Positions 30,250 to 39,556 of a stretch of DNA of 64,000 nt are shown here, piece after piece. Every line of letters starts with the position of its first letter. The stretch's first letter is position 1. Source of the stretch: Candidatus Latescibacterota bacterium (GTDB taxonomy: Bacteria > Latescibacterota > UBA2968 > UBA8231); NCBI GenBank assembly GCA_965215195.1, contig CBDCDC010000002.1, positions 2,272,001 through 2,336,000 of the forward strand. Reading direction: 5' to 3'. The translations under genes and the position numbers were made by a program. A model generated the notes under the pieces. The model did not search any database. It saw nothing but the letters and a program-made list of their open reading frames with translations, and was not told where the DNA came from.

Positions 30250-30984
30250 ATGACCATCGACGACGCCAAGGCCCAGCTCGACGAATGCGGGTACGTCGTG
30301 CTCAAAGGAGCGTTGACTGCGAATCAGGCCGACGCCCTGCGCGATCGCTCGGCCGAGCTGATCGCAAAGGAGCGGGCCGCCGGGGGAGAGCACATCTACC
30401 TCGACGGCCGCGCGCAGCGGGTGTGGAACCTAGTCAACAAGGGCCGCATTTACGAGGAGATGATCCAGCTCCCGCAGGTCCTCGCGCTCCAGGAGCACCT
30501 GTTGGGCGACAACTGCATCTTGAGCAGCTTCACCGTCAATCTCATCGGCCCGGGTGCGCCGGCCGGCCGCCTGCACCTCGACTTTCCGCTGGGCAGCTTT
30601 CCCCAGCCGCCGCCATCCATTGCCCTCTGCGCCAACACCATCTACGTGCTCGACGACTTCGCGCCTGAAAACGGGGCTACGCGGATCGTGCCGGGCAGCT
30701 ACAAGCGCGGGTGTCCCCCCGACCCGCAAAAAGAGTACGCCGACGTCATCCAGCTAGCCGTCCGCAAAGGCGATATTGTCGTCTTCCACGGCGCGACGTG
30801 GCACGGCAGCGGTGCCAACCACACCGCGCAGGCGCGGATGATTCTATTGGGATTCTTCTGCCGCTCGTTTGTGAAGCCGCAGCAGGACCAGTTCAAGCTG
30901 GCGCACCCCGAGGTCGTCGCGCGGGCGACGCCAACCTTGAAGCGATTGCTGGGCTTCGAAGCGCAGTCGGGGATGCGGACCTAG
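30250..30984 (+). CDS. PhyH-family dioxygenase
   Basis: RLHLD, ENGATRIVPGS, TWHGSGAN. Confidence 0.9.
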   Translation: MTIDDAKAQLDECGYVVLKGALTANQADALRDRSAELIAKERAAGGEHIYLDGRAQRVWNLVNKGRIYEEMIQLPQVLALQEHLLGDNCILSSFTVNLIGPGAPAGRLHLDFPLGSFPQPPPSIALCANTIYVLDDFAPENGATRIVPGSYKRGCPPDPQKEYADVIQLAVRKGDIVVFHGATWHGSGANHTAQARMILLGFFCRSFVKPQQDQFKLAHPEVVARATPTLKRLLGFEAQSGMRT

Positions 30985-30989
30985 GGCCA

Positions 30990-31255
30990 ATGGACTGCCC
31001 GGCACTCAACCACCGCAAGCGCCTCTTCGTCGATATGGACGACATCGAGCGGGTCTTCCACCAAGCCGAGAAGTACGGTGTGCATCCCGTGCTCAAACAG
31101 GAAGCCCCGTGGAAAAAAACGGCGGCACGACCGCATTGGCTTGGCCATGCTCCGCCTCGACAGCTTCGCGTCGCTCAACGCCAGTTTTGACGGCGGGCAG
31201 ATAACGACCCGGCCCTTCGCGCTGGCCGGGGATGAATTGTTAAACCTCAACAACG
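30990..31255 (+). pseudogene. Internally deleted remnant of a beta-propeller glycoside-hydrolase-like gene
   Basis: N-terminal-like LFVDMDDIERVFHQAEK..HPVL...PW joined by a frameshift to C-terminal-like IGLAMLRLDSFASL...GQITTRPF..GDELLNLN. Confidence 0.5.
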
Positions 31256-31266
31256 GGAAAAACGCC

Positions 31267-31515
31267 ATGAAGACGACCATTGAAATCCACGATGACCTAC
31301 TAGCCCGGGCAGAGCAGTACGCGAGGAAGACCGGACGCCCGTTGTACGCCATAGTGGAAGAGGGGCTGCGCCAAGTGCTTCCTGCGTCCCCTTCCAGCAG
31401 TCCCTACCGTCTGCCCGACCTGAGCGAGGGGAAGCCCGGCGCGTCCGATCCATTAAAAGCGTACTCTTGGCAGGAACTGCGCGGGATAATCTACGGAGAA
31501 GCAGAAGAGCTGTAG
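31267..31515 (+). CDS. Orphan VapB/RHH-type antitoxin
   Basis: MKTTIEIHDDLLARAEQYA..TGRPL..IVEEGLR; no toxin gene follows. Confidence 0.75.
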   Translation: MKTTIEIHDDLLARAEQYARKTGRPLYAIVEEGLRQVLPASPSSSPYRLPDLSEGKPGASDPLKAYSWQELRGIIYGEAEEL

Positions 31516-31537
31516 CGCAAGACTGATTGGCCAAAAG

Positions 31538-31570
31538 AAAACCCCAAGTCGCTGTAGCCGACTTGGGGTT
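31538..31570. terminator. Intrinsic terminator between the convergent antitoxin and tRNA
   Basis: AACCCCAAGTCG-ctgtagc-CGACTTGGGGTT with a U-tract on the minus strand. Confidence 0.8.
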
Positions 31571-31576
31571 AATAAT

Positions 31577-31652
31577 TGGTAGCCCGTACGGGATTCGAAC
31601 CCGTGTTACCGGCGTGAGAGGCCGGCGTCCTAGGCCTCTAGACGAACGGGCC
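31577..31652 (-). tRNA. tRNA-Glu (anticodon CTC)
   Basis: GGCCCGTTCGTCTAGAGGCCTAGGACGCCGGCCTCTCACGCCGGTAACACGGGTTCGAATCCCGTACGGGCTACCA; cloverleaf, GTTCGAA T-loop, encoded CCA. Confidence 0.97.
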
Positions 31653-31681
31653 AAAGTTCGTTTTGAGCCTGACAGCTTCAA

Positions 31682-31710
31682 AAAATAGAATCCGCAAACT
31701 GTATTGTCAA
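31682..31710 (-). promoter_or_regulatory. Sigma70-type promoter of tRNA-Glu
   Basis: TTGACA-17 bp-TATTTT on the minus strand. Confidence 0.65.
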
Positions 31711-31729
31711 GGTGCTGCCGCAGGGCCGT

Positions 31730-31758
31730 TTGACAGGCGCGGACGGGCGTGGTACTGT
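31730..31758 (+). promoter_or_regulatory. Sigma70-type promoter, divergent from the tRNA promoter
   Basis: TTGACA-17 bp-TACTGT with extended TG. Confidence 0.55.
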
Positions 31759-31866
31759 TGCTCTGCACGAAAGCGGCGCGTGGTCTGGGAGCGGTGCGCC
31801 GGCGATTGTGGATGCTCATCTGGAGCAACTTGGCTCGGTGGTTCAAATAACGAGGAGAAGCAACAC

Positions 31867-32688
31867 GTGAACGAAATCGAAACCTTTGCATTCGACCGAG
31901 AGGGCTACATCGTCATTGAGAAGCTGCTGAACGAGACCCAAGTGGCCGCGCTGGCCGAGGCCGTGGATGAGCTGGAGGAACACGCACTCGCGCACGTGGC
32001 CCAACCGCCGCGCAAGCAAAGCGGCTGGGGGGCCAACTACCACGCCAATCCCGAGCGCGGCTATCACGCCAACGGCGAGCGGGCCGCGGGCAAGACCCTC
32101 ATCATTGAGGACTACTGGAACGCCAATCCGGCCTTCGACGTTTTGCTCGATCACCAGCCGACCATGCGCTACATCCACGGCATCGTCAAGCAGCGGCCCA
32201 CGATCAACAACTCCGAGATCCGCATCCGCTACCGCGGCAACGCCACTGGCTGCCACGGCGGCACGGTCTCGGCCAGCCAAAAGTACCGCTACAGCTACAC
32301 CGAGCACGGCATCGACTGCATGATGGTGCGCATGGTCTATTTCATCCGCGATTGCACCAACGAGCAGGGGGCCTTTTGCGTGGTGCCGGGAACGCACAAG
32401 ACCAATCTGCCCTCGCCCCACAGCAACGACCCGGACGAAGACCCAGACATGATCGGCCTAGAGGTCAAAGCCGGCGACGCGATCCTCTTCACCGAAAATT
32501 TGCGCCACGGCGGTTTCACCAACCGCTCCGCGCAAACGCGCAAGACCCTGCACGTGGGCTACGGGCCGTATTGGATGATGTCGCAAAACATCGCCACCAT
32601 GGACGAAAAGCAGCACATCACCCCGGAGACGTTCGCCCGCCTCACAGAAGCGCAACGGGATTTGTTCCGGGCCTATTCGCCCTCTTAA
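31867..32688 (+). CDS. PhyH-family dioxygenase, HxG variant
   Basis: GTG after GAGGAG; FDREGYIVIE, GCHGG, GAFCVVPGTHK, LRHGG. Confidence 0.85.
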   Translation: MNEIETFAFDREGYIVIEKLLNETQVAALAEAVDELEEHALAHVAQPPRKQSGWGANYHANPERGYHANGERAAGKTLIIEDYWNANPAFDVLLDHQPTMRYIHGIVKQRPTINNSEIRIRYRGNATGCHGGTVSASQKYRYSYTEHGIDCMMVRMVYFIRDCTNEQGAFCVVPGTHKTNLPSPHSNDPDEDPDMIGLEVKAGDAILFTENLRHGGFTNRSAQTRKTLHVGYGPYWMMSQNIATMDEKQHITPETFARLTEAQRDLFRAYSPS

Positions 32689-35240
32689 GTCGGAAATTCC
32701 TCGTAGTAGCGGTCAAAGGCCGCAGGCGTACCGCAGATGTAGAGCGCGTCCTCGGGCGACAGCACCAACGAGGCCGGGATCTCCATGAGCACGTCGCCGG
32801 CCCGCTCGACAGCCACCACCGAGCAGCCCGTGCGCTCGCGGATGCGCGCTGCGAGCGGATGGCGTCCGGCGAGGGGGCCGGGCCGGAGCTTAACCATCTT
32901 GATCCGCGGCTTGTGCGAAACCGTCTCCCCGAGGACGTGGTGGACCAGCAACTGGCCAGCGACTTGGCTGACCGAGAGCGCGAAATCAGCGCCGGCGCGC
33001 TGCACCCGGTCTGCGTTTTCAACGTGGGACACGCAGGCCAACAAGGGAATCTCCGGGACGTGATCGCGGACCACGGCCGCGGCGAACAGGGCGGCCCCGT
33101 CGCTGTCGAGGGCGAGGATAACTACCCGCGCCTCTGCAATGGCGGCGCGGTCGAGGACGCGGACGTCGAGCACGTCGCCGACCACATCAACTCCGGCGCT
33201 CTCCACCTCATCGACGACCCGCACGTCCTCGCCGGCAGCGCGGAGGATCTCGACTAGCTTCTGCCCCACATCGCCAAAGCCGATCACCGCTATCGGCCCT
33301 TGCTGGGTAATCGGTCGGGCCATGTCGTTTAACCTGTGAATGCTCTCGGGCGTACCGACTGCCACTAAAATGGCTCCGGGCTGTAGCTTTTCCGCAGCGG
33401 CCGGTGGCGAGCCGAGCGCGTCGTCTGCCCACTGCCCGACGATGTGGGCACCGGTGCGGGTGTAGAGCTCGGTCTCGGCCAAGGTGCGATTGGCGAGCGG
33501 GCTTTGGTCGTGAACGCGCAGCTCGGCCACTTCGAGGAGCGAGTCGAGCGGCTCTACGCCCGCCACTCGCGGCCCGATCTTGGCGCTGGCGCGGACGGCA
33601 ATGGCGGCGGCGAGGACGTGGTTGGGAGTAAAGGCTGCGGTTGCACCCGCCAGCAACATGGGGCCGCGGCGCTGGGGGTGCTCGATCATCGCCACAATGG
33701 GACCGGCGAAACCCTGCTCGCGGGCACTGAGCGCGAAAAGCGCGTTGTCGTCGTCTGAGCCGTTGGCTACCAGTGCCTTCGCCTTGGTCAACGGCCGCAG
33801 ATTCAAAGTCTCCGCCGCTAAGCGCGCATGCACGACCTGCACATCGGCACTTGTCTGGAGCTGCCGCGCCAGCGCCTCGTCCTCTTCGATCACCACCAGC
33901 GGCAGGTGCCGGCTGGAAAGCTCTTCTATTAGGGTCTCGACCTCTGGCCCGTATCTGTAGATGACCACCGCGCCCGCCACTGTGGGCAAGGCCCCTTCGG
34001 CTGGGTTCTCGGCGACGAGTGGGGTATTGAACTTGTCGATCTGCAACACCCCGAGGTGGGTGTCCCCTCCATGCGCCACCCGACCTTCTAGGAGGACTGA
34101 ACAGCCTTTGAGCGCCAACGGCGTGAAAAGATTTAACAGGAACGCGGTGAAGATCAAAATGGTAAAGGTCGCCGGATCAACCGCCCCTTTAGCTAGGGCC
34201 AGCGCGGCCAAGATAAAGGCCATCTCGGCGCGGCCGCACATGCCCACTCCCACCGTCAGTGCCTCCCGCCAAGGCATGCCAATGCGCCGCGCCATGCCGC
34301 CGGCGCTGAGCACTTGCCCGGCGATGACCGTCACTGTTAGGAGCGCGATGAACGCCACGCCCGACGCGCTAATGTCAAACGAAATGGAAAAGCCCAGCGA
34401 GATGAAGAAAATCGGCCCGAGGAACGAATAGGCAATGCCATAGGCGCGGTCATTTACCACCTTGACTAGGTTGGGGTGGGCGACCCGCTCCTCAAAGAAC
34501 AGACCCGCCAAGTAGGCACCCAAGATCATGTGCAGCCCAATGGCCTCGGCAAAAAGGCCGGCCGCAATGGCAGCTAACAGCACAAAGGTAAAGCCCTTGC
34601 CGCCTTCGGCGCGGAAGGGTAGGGTGAGGCGGGGATAGACAAAGGTGCCCAAAAGCAGCGAGACCGCGAAAAAGCCCACTACCTTGCCCAAGTTAATTGC
34701 TAGGTCCAAGGGGGCAAAGGTGCCGCCGGAGAGTGCGCCGATCACTAGGCTAAAAAAGATCAAAGTCAAAAGGTCGTTGATGATGCAACTAGCGACGATG
34801 ATCCGCGCCACGCGCGTGTCGGTCAACCCCAAGTCCTTGAGACTTTTGAGGGTGATTACGACAGCGGTAGCGGTTCCGATGATAAGCCCCACGAAGATGG
34901 AAGCGGCCAGATCCAGCCCGAAGAATTGGGCGACGGCAAAGCTGACGGCAAAGGGCACCGCAGCCCCTGCTATCGCCACCCCCAGCGAGCGCTTGAGCGC
35001 GGCGAAAAACTCGTTGGGTTGGGTCTCCACCCCGGCGTGGAACATCAAAAAGAAGATGCCGATCTCGGCCAACAACTGGATGGCCTCATTCGGCTCAATC
35101 CAGCCGAAGACGGCCGGCCCGACCAAGACCCCGACGATCAACTCGCCCATTACGGTGGGCAGGCCCAGCGGCCGCAGGGTAACGGCCACCAGCCAGATCC
35201 CGGCGAGCAGGATGAGTAAGTCGAGGGCTATGTCGTGCAT
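32685..35240 (-). CDS. CPA2 cation:proton antiporter with multiple TrkA/RCK domains
   Basis: Multi-TM N-terminal half (GELIVGVLVGP, FFISLG, GMCGRAE), then repeated RCK_N (IGFGDVG) and RCK_C domains. Confidence 0.9.
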   Translation of the reverse strand: MHDIALDLLILLAGIWLVAVTLRPLGLPTVMGELIVGVLVGPAVFGWIEPNEAIQLLAEIGIFFLMFHAGVETQPNEFFAALKRSLGVAIAGAAVPFAVSFAVAQFFGLDLAASIFVGLIIGTATAVVITLKSLKDLGLTDTRVARIIVASCIINDLLTLIFFSLVIGALSGGTFAPLDLAINLGKVVGFFAVSLLLGTFVYPRLTLPFRAEGGKGFTFVLLAAIAAGLFAEAIGLHMILGAYLAGLFFEERVAHPNLVKVVNDRAYGIAYSFLGPIFFISLGFSISFDISASGVAFIALLTVTVIAGQVLSAGGMARRIGMPWREALTVGVGMCGRAEMAFILAALALAKGAVDPATFTILIFTAFLLNLFTPLALKGCSVLLEGRVAHGGDTHLGVLQIDKFNTPLVAENPAEGALPTVAGAVVIYRYGPEVETLIEELSSRHLPLVVIEEDEALARQLQTSADVQVVHARLAAETLNLRPLTKAKALVANGSDDDNALFALSAREQGFAGPIVAMIEHPQRRGPMLLAGATAAFTPNHVLAAAIAVRASAKIGPRVAGVEPLDSLLEVAELRVHDQSPLANRTLAETELYTRTGAHIVGQWADDALGSPPAAAEKLQPGAILVAVGTPESIHRLNDMARPITQQGPIAVIGFGDVGQKLVEILRAAGEDVRVVDEVESAGVDVVGDVLDVRVLDRAAIAEARVVILALDSDGAALFAAAVVRDHVPEIPLLACVSHVENADRVQRAGADFALSVSQVAGQLLVHHVLGETVSHKPRIKMVKLRPGPLAGRHPLAARIRERTGCSVVAVERAGDVLMEIPASLVLSPEDALYICGTPAAFDRYYEEFPT

Positions 35241-35293
35241 GAGCGGCGCCTCTGCGCGTTGACTGGTTTACAACAAGGAGTTTAAGAAAAGGA

Positions 35294-35309
35294 CTCAGTA
35301 CACGACACC
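35294..35309. repeat. Solo end of the IS4-like MITE family
   Basis: CTCAGTACACGACACC matches the TIR at 10716. Confidence 0.55.
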
Positions 35310-35325
35310 TACGCGGTGCCTCAAC

Positions 35326-37125
35326 GTGAATCAAAACGCTCCCAACATCCATCCCCGCGAAGTGCGCCAAGCCCTCATGTGGTTTGCCGGCGTCCTGTGG
35401 CGCGGTGCGCCTTGGGCCATGGTCGCCAGCGTCTGCGGCCAATTCCTGCCGGCCTTTTTGCCGGCCGCGAGAATTTTGCTCATCAAAGAGCTAGTCGATG
35501 GCGTCCACGGTGTGTACGGCCAAGGAGCGGAGGGGTTTGCGGTCGTAGTACCGCTGCTAGCTTGGTTGGCTGGGCTGCGGCTGTTGGAGGCAATGCTCTC
35601 GGCGGTGCGGGGACACGCGGCGGCCGCGGTGCGGGAGAAGACGAGCTGGAAGTTGCAGGAGCGGGTGCTCGCGCAAGCGGCGCGGGTGGGGCTGGACGAG
35701 TTCGAGTATCGGGAATTTTTCGACCGCATGCAGCGGGCGCTGCGGGCGGCCTACTTTCGGGCTTACGGCATCTTCCGGGATGCGATGTCCACGCTCGAAA
35801 GCGCGATTGTGCTCTGCACCTTGATCGCGCTCTTTGCGACCGGGCACTGGTCGATCCCGGTGGTGCTGTTCTTGGGCACGGCCCCGGTTTTCTATACCCA
35901 AATGCGGCGCGGGCGCGAAATCTACGCGCTCTTCCACGAGCAGACGCCCGAGCAACGCCGCGCCGAGTATCTCGTGGGTTTGATGACCGATCGCGACGCC
36001 GCCAAGGAGATCCGGCTCTACGGGCTAGGCGCCTTCCTCTGCCGCACTTGGGAGGCCCTAGCGCAGACGCTCCGGCGGCAGCGCTTCGAGCTAACGCTAC
36101 AACAGCAGCGCTATTTGTTCGGCGGGCGGCTGAGTGGCATTAGTTCGGCGCTGTTGGCGCTGGTCATTCTGCTCTATCAGGCCGCCTATGGCGCCCTGAC
36201 CTTGGGGGGATTCTTCGCCTTGGCCGAGACCATCGTGCGCTTCCAAGGCACCCTCTTCCAAATGCTCCGGCAGATGGGCGATGTCTTTGAGCAGGCGCTC
36301 TACATCCGCGACTTGCGCTCGTTTGTGGAGTCGCCGACCGAGCAGGGAGCGGGATGGGAAAAGTTGCCCGAGCAGCCGCTGGACATCGCCGTTGAGGGGG
36401 TGGGGTTTGCCTACGGCGACGGGCCGCCGGTGCTCAACGGGGTCCAGCTGCGGCTCAGGCCCGGGGAGAAGCTAGCGTTGGTAGGTGTCAACGGAGCGGG
36501 CAAGACGACCTTGGTCAAGCTGCTCTTAGGGCTGTACCCGCCGGGCGAGGGCCGGGTGCTCTACAATGGAGTAGATGGACGCCGGATTGACCCGCAGGTA
36601 TTGCGGCGGCGCTGTGCGGCCGTCTTTCAGGACTTTGTGCAGTATCAGCGCACGGCGCGGGAGAATATCGGTTATGGGCAGGCCGAGGAACTGGGCGACC
36701 AAGCCCGGGTGGAGCGGGCGGCGCAGGCAGGCGGGAGTGCGCCGATAGTAGAGGCACTGGCCGCGCGCTACGACGCGACCTTGGGGCGCTACTTCGAGGG
36801 AGGACAGGACCTATCGCGCGGACAGTGGCAGAAGCTGGCGCTGTCGCGGGCCTATTTCCGCGACGCCCAGCTTCTGGTCTTTGACGAGCCGACGGCCGCG
36901 CTAGATCCGCGGGCCGAGTTGGAGGTCTTTCGCCAGTTTCGCGCCTTGAGCGCAGGCAAGTCGGCCGTTTTTGTCTCGCACCGCATGGCCTCGGCCCGGG
37001 TGGCCGACCGCATCCTCGTCTTGGATGGAGGCCGGGTATTGGAGGAGGGGACTCACGATGAGCTGATGGCGCGCGGGGGCGAATACGCGCGGATGTTTGC
37101 GCTGCAAGCACAGGGGTACCAATGA
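35326..37125 (+). CDS. ABC exporter, fused permease/ATPase
   Basis: AKEIRLYGL, GVNGAGKTT, VFQDF, LSRGQWQK, FDEPTAALD. Confidence 0.93.
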   Translation: MNQNAPNIHPREVRQALMWFAGVLWRGAPWAMVASVCGQFLPAFLPAARILLIKELVDGVHGVYGQGAEGFAVVVPLLAWLAGLRLLEAMLSAVRGHAAAAVREKTSWKLQERVLAQAARVGLDEFEYREFFDRMQRALRAAYFRAYGIFRDAMSTLESAIVLCTLIALFATGHWSIPVVLFLGTAPVFYTQMRRGREIYALFHEQTPEQRRAEYLVGLMTDRDAAKEIRLYGLGAFLCRTWEALAQTLRRQRFELTLQQQRYLFGGRLSGISSALLALVILLYQAAYGALTLGGFFALAETIVRFQGTLFQMLRQMGDVFEQALYIRDLRSFVESPTEQGAGWEKLPEQPLDIAVEGVGFAYGDGPPVLNGVQLRLRPGEKLALVGVNGAGKTTLVKLLLGLYPPGEGRVLYNGVDGRRIDPQVLRRRCAAVFQDFVQYQRTARENIGYGQAEELGDQARVERAAQAGGSAPIVEALAARYDATLGRYFEGGQDLSRGQWQKLALSRAYFRDAQLLVFDEPTAALDPRAELEVFRQFRALSAGKSAVFVSHRMASARVADRILVLDGGRVLEEGTHDELMARGGEYARMFALQAQGYQ

Positions 37126-38885
37126 GTCTCTTGCTTAGGATGCTCAAAGAGGCACTACAAGTCCATCCCCTAGGGGTGGGGGGGTTGGCGGTGCTGGCGT
37201 TGGTTAGCTCTCTGCTGCCAGCGGTAGAACTGTGGCTGACCGGGCGGATCGTCGATGAGTTGGCCGCGGTGTTGGGCGAGGGGCGGGCGGCTTTTTTGCA
37301 GGTCCTGCCTTGGGTCGGCGGATTTTTCGGCACGCTCTTTGCCTATATGTTGCTCGATATGGCGCGGGCGATCTTGCAGGTCGATGTGCAGGAAAAAATC
37401 GGCGTGCGGATCCAGCGCCGGGTCATCGACAAGGTGCAAAAGGTCGAGTTGGCCAGCTTTGAGCATCCCGCGTTCTACGACGCGCTCAAGCGGGCCAACG
37501 AGGACCTAAGCGGCCGGCTCCTGAGCCTGCTCAATGTGGTGCTAGACGTCGTCGGTGCGCTCGGGGGGCTGGGCGCGATTGTGGCCGTGATGTTGACCGG
37601 CCACTGGGCACTGGGACCGCTGGTGGTGATTGGTTCGGTGCCGGGGGTATGGGTGATGATGCGGATGAACAAGAAAACGCACTACGTCTATCGCGAGCGC
37701 ACGCCGCAATACCGCGAAACAGCCTATCTCCGCGAGCTGATGACCAAGCGCGAGGAGGCGATGGAGGTGCGTCTGTTCACCCTGCGCGACCATCTGCTCG
37801 ACACGTGGCGCAAAAAAGTGGTTGCACTGGCAAAAGAGCGGCGCGGGCTAGAGACCAAACAGGCATGGCTCGGCGGGCTGACTTCCAGCCTTGACGGCTG
37901 GGCCTACGTAGGCTGCCTGACGATCCTCGCTTGGATGGTGGCCGGGGCGCAATTGACAATTGGCCAGTACGGGATGCTGACGCGGGCGGTGCAGCAGTTT
38001 ACTTGGCGGCTCGAAGGGATCATGCGCTCGCTGGGCACCCTGCACGAGGAATCCCTTTACTTGGGAGACCTCTACGAGTTTTTCAGTCTGGCGGCCTCGG
38101 AGGAATCCGCCGGGCCGGCAGACGCAGGCGGAAAAACAAAAAAGGAAAACCTGTCGCTGCGCTTTGAGAAGGTGTCCTTCCACTATCCAGGCGGCGAAGA
38201 AGTGCTGGCGGATATCGACTTGGACATTCGCCCGGGCGAGCGGATCGCGCTAGTGGGCGAAAACGGGGCCGGCAAGACGACCTTGGTCAAGCTGATGATG
38301 GGACTGTACCAGCCGACGAGCGGACAAATCCTGCTCGGCGACAGGCCGCTACAAGAATGGCCGCGGGAGCGGGTCCGGCGGCTTTTTGCGGCCGTCTTCC
38401 AAGACTTCGTGCGCTTCCAGTTTTCAGTGCGCGACAATATCGCCTTTGGTGCGCTGGGCGAGCAAGCGGCCGTCGAGCAGGCGGCCGAGTGGGCCGGGGC
38501 GGCCGAGTTTATCGCCGAACTACCGGACCAGTACGGGACCCTGCTGGGCAAGGAGCTGGGGGGCGCAGATCTATCGACCGGACAGTGGCAGAAGCTGGCG
38601 ACGGCGAGGGCGCTGGTGCGGGCGGCCGAGTTCGTGGTGCTAGACGAGCCGACGGCGGCGCTGGACCCCAAAGCCGAAGCCGAAGTCTATCGACACTTTG
38701 GGGAGATGACTCGGGGCAAAGCCTCGGTGTTGATTTCGCACCGGCTGGGTGCTGCGCGGATCGCCGACCGAATTTTGGTGCTCAAGGGGGGGCGGCTCAT
38801 CGAGGAGGGGACGCACGAGGCATTGATGCACAAAGGCGGAGAGTACAGCCGCTTGTTCAGCCTGCAAGCTCGGTGGTACGAGTAG
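37122..38885 (+). CDS. ABC exporter, fused permease/ATPase (probable heterodimer partner)
   Basis: GENGAGKTT, LSTGQWQK, LDEPTAALD; ATGA overlap with the previous gene. Confidence 0.93.
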   Translation: MSLLLRMLKEALQVHPLGVGGLAVLALVSSLLPAVELWLTGRIVDELAAVLGEGRAAFLQVLPWVGGFFGTLFAYMLLDMARAILQVDVQEKIGVRIQRRVIDKVQKVELASFEHPAFYDALKRANEDLSGRLLSLLNVVLDVVGALGGLGAIVAVMLTGHWALGPLVVIGSVPGVWVMMRMNKKTHYVYRERTPQYRETAYLRELMTKREEAMEVRLFTLRDHLLDTWRKKVVALAKERRGLETKQAWLGGLTSSLDGWAYVGCLTILAWMVAGAQLTIGQYGMLTRAVQQFTWRLEGIMRSLGTLHEESLYLGDLYEFFSLAASEESAGPADAGGKTKKENLSLRFEKVSFHYPGGEEVLADIDLDIRPGERIALVGENGAGKTTLVKLMMGLYQPTSGQILLGDRPLQEWPRERVRRLFAAVFQDFVRFQFSVRDNIAFGALGEQAAVEQAAEWAGAAEFIAELPDQYGTLLGKELGGADLSTGQWQKLATARALVRAAEFVVLDEPTAALDPKAEAEVYRHFGEMTRGKASVLISHRLGAARIADRILVLKGGRLIEEGTHEALMHKGGEYSRLFSLQARWYE

Positions 38886-38888
38886 GGG

Positions 38889-39158
38889 TTAGCGCCGTCG
38901 GCCTCTCCGGGGCTTGCCGCGCGAGTGCGCGGAAGGGCGGTTGGTCATTTCCTCGACGACCATGTCAAAGCCCTTGAGGTTTTGCCCGTTGAGCATGTCG
39001 ATGGCCTCGCGAGCCGCGGCCTTGCTGGGCATGTCGATTTGGCCCCAGCGGCGGCGCGGATCAATGGTGACAGCGGCGACAGCTCCAAACAGCTCGAACA
39101 GCGTACGGAGGTCGTCCTCGGTGGTGTCAGCAGCTAGATTATCGACTCGAATTTTCAT
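38889..39158 (-). CDS. RRM RNA-binding protein
   Basis: MKIRVDNL..TTEDDLRTLFELFGAV...AREAIDMLNG; basic C-terminal tail. Confidence 0.85.
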   Translation of the reverse strand: MKIRVDNLAADTTEDDLRTLFELFGAVAAVTIDPRRRWGQIDMPSKAAAREAIDMLNGQNLKGFDMVVEEMTNRPSAHSRGKPRRGRRR

Positions 39159-39174
39159 CCAAACTCCAAAAATA

Positions 39175-39208
39175 AAAGGGGGTGATGCAGTGTACATCAC
39201 CCCCTTTT
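39175..39208 (-). terminator. Intrinsic terminator after the cold-shock gene
   Basis: AAAGGGGGTGATG-cagtgta-CATCACCCCCTTT hairpin with A/T tracts. Confidence 0.8.
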
Positions 39209-39227
39209 GTGCTTATGAGGCGAGGGC

Positions 39228-39437
39228 CTAAAGTGCTACGACGCTCTCAGCCGCCGGGCCTTTCTTGCCCTGGACGACTTCAAACTCCACCTGCTGCCCG
39301 TCGGACAAGGTGCGAAAACCCTCGGCCCGGATCGCGCTGTGGTGGACGAAAACATCTTCGCCGTTCTGGCGCTCGATAAATCCGAAGCCCTTCGCGTCGT
39401 TGAACCACTTTACGGTTCCCTTCTCGCGGTCTGCCAT
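39228..39437 (-). CDS. Cold-shock protein (CspA family)
   Basis: [24 protein letters not shown]. Confidence 0.96.
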   Translation of the reverse strand: MADREKGTVKWFNDAKGFGFIERQNGEDVFVHHSAIRAEGFRTLSDGQQVEFEVVQGKKGPAAESVVAL

Positions 39438-39490
39438 GGGTAAAATCCTTTGCAATGTGCGGTTAGAGCAGAACGTGCGAATAACTTTGA

Positions 39491-39556
39491 GTAGGAATCT
39501 ACTGCTTCAGGCTTTTCGGTAGGAAAACTACATCAGGCCCGGGGGTAGGAATCTAC
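39491..39556 (-). repeat. Three mini-hairpin repeats in the csp leader
   Basis: GTAGGAATCTAC (39491), GTAGGAAAACTAC (39519), GTAGGAATCTAC (39545). Confidence 0.65.

Noticed and set aside
31577-31652. tRNA-Glu as the att site of an integrated element
   Set aside because: No integrase and no duplicated tRNA 3' end noticed in the window
35326-38885. Lanthipeptide/RiPP biosynthetic cluster
   Set aside because: No precursor peptide or modifying enzyme genes next to the exporters
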